Of a stretch of DNA of 64,000 nucleotides, positions 58,145 to 64,000 are shown one piece after another. The stretch is from a virus. A program made the position numbers and the translations under genes. The first letter of the stretch is position 1. Each line of letters begins with the position of its first letter. The notes beneath the pieces are model-generated. The model was not told where the DNA came from. It did not search any database and worked only from the letters and a program-made list of their open reading frames with translations. Location of the stretch: the IMG/VR virus record IMGVR_UViG_3300007513_001104. The stretch is one strand, 5' to 3'.

Positions 58145-58834
58145 ATGCACATAGAACATTTAAATATCTATACTGTTAAATGGGGAACGAAATATTCTTC
58201 ACACCACGTCAATAAAATATTGGAATCGTGTAAAGAACATCTAACTTATGATTTTACATTTCATTGTTTAACAGAAAGTCCTAAAGGACTTGAAAAAGAA
58301 GTCAATGTTATACCACTACCAAAAGATAACAAAATGGAAAAGTGGTGGAATAAGATGTACTTGTTTGATGATAATGTTGTCAGGAAGAAAGGAGACAATT
58401 TATTCTTTGATTTGGATATTATTATCCAAAAGAATATAGATGACATTGTAAACTTTGATCCTGAGGATTGTTTATGTTTTGGCCAAACACATTGGCACGA
58501 TTTAGAAACAATGAAGAAAGAAACAGAACATGTTCCACACAGATTTACAGAACTTAATTCTAGTATATTAAGATGGAACGATAACTTAGATAAAGAGAAC
58601 ATAACTCTTTATTTTAAAACACACTTAGATAAGATCTTATGGTACTATCGGGGAATAGATAATTTCTTTAGCCACAAAGGTGTGGCAAGAATTAAATACT
58701 TTCCTATAGGATGGTTTTACAGTTACAATCATGGGTACATATTTCCTCATGATATAGAAAAACAAGTCTACAGACAAATACCATATGTCTGTTTATTTGA
58801 TTCAATGGGAAGAAAAGAAGATGTTAAATTTTAA
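58145..58834 (+). CDS. GT-A (GT8-like) glycosyltransferase paralog 4
   Basis: KWGTKY, CLTE, WWNKM.LF, FFDLD, NSSILRW, GIDNF, YSY. Confidence 0.78.
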   Translation: MHIEHLNIYTVKWGTKYSSHHVNKILESCKEHLTYDFTFHCLTESPKGLEKEVNVIPLPKDNKMEKWWNKMYLFDDNVVRKKGDNLFFDLDIIIQKNIDDIVNFDPEDCLCFGQTHWHDLETMKKETEHVPHRFTELNSSILRWNDNLDKENITLYFKTHLDKILWYYRGIDNFFSHKGVARIKYFPIGWFYSYNHGYIFPHDIEKQVYRQIPYVCLFDSMGRKEDVKF

Positions 58835-59489
58835 TTTTTTAAACAGCATGCAATATTGGGGAGAAGGTTTGGCCAAAGTCGAGCATGAAATGAAACACAA
58901 GCACGACGACTTTAGGCAAGCTCTTAATCCAAACACTATGGAGGGAGCCATTTGGTTAGTTGAAGAGCTACAAAAAAGTTTAGATAACTATTTAAAAGAA
59001 GAGCAATTTAATATTCTTGTATTAAATAGCTGGTTAGGGATACCTTTAGTTCCTTTACTATGTGAGAACTTGTCCGTGGGAGAATTACACCTAGTTGACA
59101 TAGATAACGAAGCTTTAGAGCTCTCTAAGGTGTTTAATAAGCATTATATTACAGAAGAATACATCAAAATAAATCACTGGAACTTAGACATTCCATTCGC
59201 TTTTGATGAGTTAAATCAATTGAAGGTAGATATAGTAATTACAATGGGTGCTGAACAGATGTATCCACTAAATGATCTTAGGACAGCAAACAAACATGCA
59301 ATATTTGCTTGCCAATCTTCTAATGTTATAGAAGAGATGTATGGAATTAATTGTGTGGATAGTGAAAAGAAATTGATTGAAAATGTAGGACTAAAAGATA
59401 CGACCTACACGGGTAAAGTCAAACAATTTTATTATGATTGGAATGGAAAGGTTTATTACGATAGGTTTATGGCTATCGGTACTAAATGA
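58821..59489 (+). CDS. class I methyltransferase-like protein
   Basis: LVLNSWLG (divergent GxWxG), LVDID, C-terminal RFMAIG; track ORF starts 58785. Confidence 0.55.
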   Translation: MLNFNFLNSMQYWGEGLAKVEHEMKHKHDDFRQALNPNTMEGAIWLVEELQKSLDNYLKEEQFNILVLNSWLGIPLVPLLCENLSVGELHLVDIDNEALELSKVFNKHYITEEYIKINHWNLDIPFAFDELNQLKVDIVITMGAEQMYPLNDLRTANKHAIFACQSSNVIEEMYGINCVDSEKKLIENVGLKDTTYTGKVKQFYYDWNGKVYYDRFMAIGTK

Positions 59490-59492
59490 AAA

Positions 59493-60140
59493 TTAACCTC
59501 TGGTAGGATTACCTGGAGGTAATTCTCCATCATTCATTTCCTTATACTTATCTAAATAAACTCCTTCCAAAAGTTTGCTATTAGATAGTGAGATAACTAC
59601 TTCCTCTCCTCCTACGATTTGAACAACATTTTGCATTGGAGCCTTAATAGCCCAAAGTGATACAGTTTCCTTTTCTATATACTCTCTTAAAAATTCGTTG
59701 GAGCGCTCTTCAGTGCAAGGCCCAGAGGATGGGGTTTCTTGAAAATAAGCTCCTATTCGATTGGTAGTATCGAAAATGTTTGGTCTCGTCTTGGTAGGTG
59801 CTATTCCTTTGCAAGCCAGTAGTTTTTTAGGACCATAGTTATATATTTTACCGCCCCAATCTTTTCGTCGAATTTTACCCCCTGCCCAAGTCAAAAGATT
59901 TTTTTCTGTTTGGCCAATTTTATAAATCTTATTGTTTTCAAATATAAAGGCATATACAAAACTTTTATGAGTTGTGCCTGAAAAATCTTCAGTATTTATT
60001 TCAGGGAAAAGACTTGCATTTCCAGATCCAACAAAGTCTTCGTTAACACCATCAGGATACATAGCACCATTTTTCCAAATAAAATTTGGCACTACTAATT
60101 CAAATTCTTTTTTTAATATTTCTTTATAAAACTTACTCAT
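59493..60140 (-). CDS. GIY-YIG-like (putative homing) endonuclease
   Basis: FVYAF......YKIGQT; C-terminal LE..YL..Y......LPPGN. Confidence 0.6.
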   Translation of the reverse strand: MSKFYKEILKKEFELVVPNFIWKNGAMYPDGVNEDFVGSGNASLFPEINTEDFSGTTHKSFVYAFIFENNKIYKIGQTEKNLLTWAGGKIRRKDWGGKIYNYGPKKLLACKGIAPTKTRPNIFDTTNRIGAYFQETPSSGPCTEERSNEFLREYIEKETVSLWAIKAPMQNVVQIVGGEEVVISLSNSKLLEGVYLDKYKEMNDGELPPGNPTRG

Positions 60141-60571
60141 TTAAAAGTCTCCTTCTGCTACTTGCAATGTTTTTAAACCTAATGTTCTCCAGGCTCTGAC
60201 AGTTTGATTCCTGTCATCTAAAACAAACCTAACATCGTAGTTGGGTTCGATGTCTCTCTGATAAATCTCTGTCTTAACTTCTGAATCTTTTCTGTAATCT
60301 CCGTTCGCTCTCATGAACAAAGCATCAAATTCAAAATCGTTATTGGCCATGAACTGTATTGTTCCTTCTCTTGCTTCTTCTGTTCTAGCAGAAACTACAA
60401 TAATATAATGATCATCCTTATATATCTGAGCAAGGTCTCCAATGATTGGATCGTATTCATCTTCAATTACTCTAGTCATATCGTAAGGATCTCTAGGATC
60501 GTCACCTACTCTATGTGCAATTGTTCCGTCTACATCAACAATGATTGCTTTTCTTTTACCTGACATGGTAC
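60141..60571 (-). CDS. HAD phosphatase (T4 PseT/PNK phosphatase-domain-like)
   Basis: DVDGT, VSAR, MR...D.R.D..VK, DDR. Confidence 0.88.
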
Positions 60572-60879
60572 CTACCTTCGTCTTTAATATATTCAAGATT
60601 TAATTTATCTGCCTCAGCATGTGTTATCCAACCTTTGCCTTTGACATTTTTTAAATCCTCTACTGAAACTTTGTATCTATTGCCAAATGTATCTTCACAA
60701 TAAATTACCTTTGTTAAAGGGCCAACAGCATAGTTTGATTCTTTGTAACTAACGTGGCTCACTTCTTTTATTAAAGGGTTTATTGGAGTTTGGAAGAAGT
60801 GGTGATCAAGCATTGGCTTCTTAATCAAACCTTTTAAAAGTTGTGCTATCTCCCTTATTATGTAATCGTTATACTTCAT
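60556..60879 (-). CDS. hypothetical protein
   Basis: Overlap-coupled within the early operon. Confidence 0.6.
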   Translation of the reverse strand: MKYNDYIIREIAQLLKGLIKKPMLDHHFFQTPINPLIKEVSHVSYKESNYAVGPLTKVIYCEDTFGNRYKVSVEDLKNVKGKGWITHAEADKLNLEYIKDEGRYHVR

Positions 60880-61337
60880 CCTGTACAGCTCCCATCTTCA
60901 AACCAATCATTGAGATCAATTCTTGCTTTCCTAGCATCTCTCTTATCAAAAGATCTTTGGACTGCATCTTTTTTTGTCCTTGTTCCTGACGTGTCACCTT
61001 TAACTGGAAGACCATACTCTTTCCAAAAGTCTGAATCGTCTTTTGCTCTAGCAGCTATTGTTCTTTCTGCTGTTTCCATATCAATAGCATCGATTTGAAC
61101 AAAGTCTAAAATCATGTCTGCAAATGGGATGGCTCCGTTTGATTTCCAAACTACAATGCCATCAAGTAAGGTTGCGCCTTTAAAATTCTCTTCTACAGAA
61201 GTATGGAATTTTGGTGCGTCTTTTTCAAGTAAGACATTACCTGTAAATGTTTTGTAGATATCATCATGAGCTGCCATTCCAAAACGTTCTTTTTTAACTG
61301 TTTGGCCTGCTATTTCTACTGTATTTTCTAATATCAT
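60876..61337 (-). CDS. hypothetical early protein
   Basis: First gene after early promoter copy 3; SD GAGGA. Confidence 0.7.
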   Translation of the reverse strand: MILENTVEIAGQTVKKERFGMAAHDDIYKTFTGNVLLEKDAPKFHTSVEENFKGATLLDGIVVWKSNGAIPFADMILDFVQIDAIDMETAERTIAARAKDDSDFWKEYGLPVKGDTSGTRTKKDAVQRSFDKRDARKARIDLNDWFEDGSCTG

Positions 61338-61374
61338 AATTATTAAATCCTCTACTTTTTATTAATTATGCTAC

Positions 61375-61404
61375 TATTATGCACTCTCGTGAACCAAGAG
61401 TCAA
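61375..61404 (-). promoter_or_regulatory. early promoter, identical copy 3
   Basis: Same 30-mer as 14581 and 17151. Confidence 0.85.
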
Positions 61405-61440
61405 GCATTTTTTGGGTTATTTTTGAAATCTTTTTCGTAA

Positions 61441-61453
61441 AATCAATAACTTA
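61441..61453 (+). promoter_or_regulatory. putative IHF-binding site
   Basis: AATCAATAACTTA matches WATCAANNNNTTR; same offset from the -35 box as at 17217. Confidence 0.55.
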
Positions 61454-62104
61454 GGAGAGATGATCAGCGGATTCACCAGAAATATCCGCAACCATGGACT
61501 GCCAGAGCCCTAAATGGGGTATTACATAACCCAAAGTGAGTCTGGGTTCGTCAGTTCCTGCACAATGATAGTAGACTTTCTCAGGCTCTCTACCTCTGCC
61601 AAAATATCCTACTTTACAGGACCAACCACCAGGGTCTTGTAAGTGAATAACTTCGTGTGTTTTAGGATCTCTATATTTAAAAAACCCTCTGCCATTCTCT
61701 GTATAAGATAATAATATATTATAACCATGGGCATTCCAATTATTGTGCCAACCCATGAAACCTTTTTTAGGATAAAATACATGTACTGCTTCGTTTCTAG
61801 CTCCCAAAAAATTACACAGGTCTATAGAAAATGCTCGATATTTGTCTTGAAAATTTTGTGGGTGATCTCCTGCTTGTAAATCATAACTGTAAGAAATTTC
61901 TGGATACCCTTCGTGGGCACCATCTTTAGTTACAATCTCATCTAAATATTCTCGAGAAGTAGCCCAGCCCAATTGATACAAAGGATCGTTTTTTGGGTTC
62001 TTTATTGCCAATTCTTCTAAGGGAGATAAGTCTTGTTGGAAAAACCAATTTGAATATGGTTCCAACATTTCTAATAATTCATCTGATATCTTAGTAAAAA
62101 TCAT
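61451..62104 (-). CDS. cupin/2OG-oxygenase-like phage protein
   Basis: YP..GFMGWHNN...YHCA....RLTLGY double-stranded beta-helix pattern. Confidence 0.6.
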   Translation of the reverse strand: MIFTKISDELLEMLEPYSNWFFQQDLSPLEELAIKNPKNDPLYQLGWATSREYLDEIVTKDGAHEGYPEISYSYDLQAGDHPQNFQDKYRAFSIDLCNFLGARNEAVHVFYPKKGFMGWHNNWNAHGYNILLSYTENGRGFFKYRDPKTHEVIHLQDPGGWSCKVGYFGRGREPEKVYYHCAGTDEPRLTLGYVIPHLGLWQSMVADISGESADHLS

Positions 62105-63297
62105 TTATATTTTAAATATATCTCATGATCAGGAATAGTGTAATGATACAAAACTATATCTTCGCCTTCTAATTCTTTTGGGTCGTGTCCATTTATAAAA
62201 TTCCATTTGACATGTAAGTTTTCATCCCATCTTACACCATGATCACTATATGTTAATAAATTCCACATTGTAAAAGTATCCCATCTCCTAGCATCTCGAG
62301 GATAAGATCCTATGTCATTATTTTTATCTTGTTGCCATAAGAAATGGCCATACCAAGAGTCCATTAGTTGAAGTGTTTGAGGATTATTTCTGTATATAAA
62401 CATTCCACAATGTGCTGTCATTTCTTCTGTGTTAGACAATTTAGTTAATTTTGCGTTGTATGGTCTTATTTTTGTAAACAGTAAATCTAAATCATCTGGT
62501 AGTTGATCAAATACATTTTCTATATCTTCATGCTGACAGATCATATCACAATCTAAATAACATGTCTTTCCTCTATATGGTGTACAAGATAAAGCCCAAA
62601 GTTTAGCCCTAATATGATTAGGTACTCCCCAAGACTCTATCCAATCTGCATGTTCATAGTGTTCTTCTTTTATCCATTCTTTATGTGATACGAAAATTGT
62701 TATATGTGCCTCAGGCCAAAAGAGTTTAATAGACTCTGCAAGATCTATACCTGCTTGATAAAATCTTTCATGGCATGATGCAACAATAACAAATCCATTA
62801 TCAGGAAAATTGTCTGTACCAACAATCTCCATAGCTGGACGAAGCCATAAATTATTAAGTTCTTCTACCACGTAGACCTTTTTAACATCTGGTCTGCCTT
62901 CAAACTCTAATGGTAAAGAAAATAAGTGATTATTATAAAGGAATAAATCACCAACTTTTAATTCTTTTGCGTAATTTAAGTTAGAATCTGTCATGTTTCT
63001 GTCTTCATACAACAAAACATCTTCTACAATTAACTCTGCATTTTCTAAATCAAACTCTGTGCCTTCGTCTTGATCTTTTAATACTTTGTAAACTTTATTT
63101 TCTATCCAAACATGTTGTCCAGCTAGATGTTCCAAGTTGTCGTACCAGATATCTACATGGACTCCTTCAAATTCTTGGACTGGTGTACCAGGTGTGGTGT
63201 GTAAAGAGTCTAGTCTTGCTTTAAACTCTTTATCTTTAAATATTTGTTCTTGGCCGAACTGACCAAATACTGCTTTATCTTTCGTCATCGTCTTCAT
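62101..63297 (-). CDS. duplicated-domain plus GT-A glycosyltransferase
   Basis: C-terminal RAKLWAL..TPY...CYLDCD (DxD), CGMF.Y, WDTF, WNF, HYT; N-terminal 88-aa domain shared with the upstream ORF. Confidence 0.75.
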   Translation of the reverse strand: MKTMTKDKAVFGQFGQEQIFKDKEFKARLDSLHTTPGTPVQEFEGVHVDIWYDNLEHLAGQHVWIENKVYKVLKDQDEGTEFDLENAELIVEDVLLYEDRNMTDSNLNYAKELKVGDLFLYNNHLFSLPLEFEGRPDVKKVYVVEELNNLWLRPAMEIVGTDNFPDNGFVIVASCHERFYQAGIDLAESIKLFWPEAHITIFVSHKEWIKEEHYEHADWIESWGVPNHIRAKLWALSCTPYRGKTCYLDCDMICQHEDIENVFDQLPDDLDLLFTKIRPYNAKLTKLSNTEEMTAHCGMFIYRNNPQTLQLMDSWYGHFLWQQDKNNDIGSYPRDARRWDTFTMWNLLTYSDHGVRWDENLHVKWNFINGHDPKELEGEDIVLYHYTIPDHEIYLKYK

Positions 63298-64000
63298 GTA
63301 AAGACAATATCTGATTATCGTAAAGGAATAAGTCGCCGACTTTTAATTCTTTTGCATAATTTAAATTAGCATCTGTCATATTTTTATCTCTATATAAAAG
63401 TACATTTTCAACGATAACTTCCACATTTGACTTTTTAAATTTTGTATTTTTCTTTTGGTCTTTTTTAACTTTATAAACCGTGTCATCTTTCCAAACATGT
63501 TGTCCAGCTAGATGTTCTAAGTCGTCATACCATATGTCAACATGTACACCTTCAAACTCTTGGTATAACGATCTTAATTTTTGTTTTGCTCTTAAGCCTT
63601 CAAACAGTTCTTCAATACTTTTATCTAATAACATCTCATCCAAATCAGTAGGTTTATAAATTGGTATTTGTCCTGTGCGTACTAATTCTTCTTTTAATAA
63701 TATAGATGCTAGTGTTTGAACTTCTAATGGAGACTTAGCTTTACGAATTAACTTTTTCAGTTCGTTGTTCGTAGAGTTTTTAATTAATGGAATTTCATAA
63801 GCTTCAAGTTTAGCTCCGAATAACATTTCTTGTTTGCGCCTAACTGCTTCGGACTCTTTACGTTGTAACCTTCTTTTTATATGATCGTCTCTTCTTTGTA
63901 ACCCTTCTTCTGTGTTTTTATCTATTCCCTCTTCACCAAACTCTTCTAAAACTGCTTTATAGTCTGGATTGTTTCCATCATTATCCATGATAGATGCGGT
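63275..64000 (-). CDS. hypothetical protein with C-terminal duplicated domain (5' end probably outside window)
   Basis: Frame stays open past 63988 to the window edge; LF.AKLEAYEI..IKNS....LK..IRKAK motif. Confidence 0.7.
   Translation of the reverse strand, partial: TASIMDNDGNNPDYKAVLEEFGEEGIDKNTEEGLQRRDDHIKRRLQRKESEAVRRKQEMLFGAKLEAYEIPLIKNSTNNELKKLIRKAKSPLEVQTLASILLKEELVRTGQIPIYKPTDLDEMLLDKSIEELFEGLRAKQKLRSLYQEFEGVHVDIWYDDLEHLAGQHVWKDDTVYKVKKDQKKNTKFKKSNVEVIVENVLLYRDKNMTDANLNYAKELKVGDLFLYDNQILSLHEDDDER

Overview
A 64-kb segment of an AT-rich T4-like (Kyanoviridae/Straboviridae-type) myovirus. The host is probably a marine or aquatic Gram-negative proteobacterium (inferred from ISC-type iscU/iscA, a TonB-dependent receptor, IHF-like sites and no photosynthesis genes in the window). 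Almost everything is on the minus strand. It holds the T4 replication/recombination core (gp43, regA, gp62, gp44, gp45, gp46, gp47, gp55, uvsW, uvsY), the head/tail morphogenesis block (gp3, gp23, 22, 21, 20, 19, 18, 17, 16, 15, 14, 13) and a set of modular fibre genes. Accessory content includes a 7-deazaguanine DNA-modification cluster with no queC in the window (queE, folE, queD, a DpdL-like T-fold protein, a TGT/DpdA-like transglycosylase, plus a glycosyltransferase, a phosphoribosyltransferase and an exonuclease). A plus-strand island of paralogous glycosyltransferases shares a palindromic double late promoter with the fibre operon. Other accessory genes are a TonB-dependent receptor, IscU/IscA, peroxiredoxin, glutaredoxin, peptide deformylase, ClpP-like, SET, crotonase, CobS/CobT-like and Hsp20. 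Regulatory grammar is readable: sigma70-type early promoters (three identical copies, two with IHF-consensus sites at a fixed distance), many TATAAATA late promoters and two structured RNA leaders. No tRNA, CRISPR array, intron or intein was recognised. All annotations come from motif recognition by eye; no searches were run.
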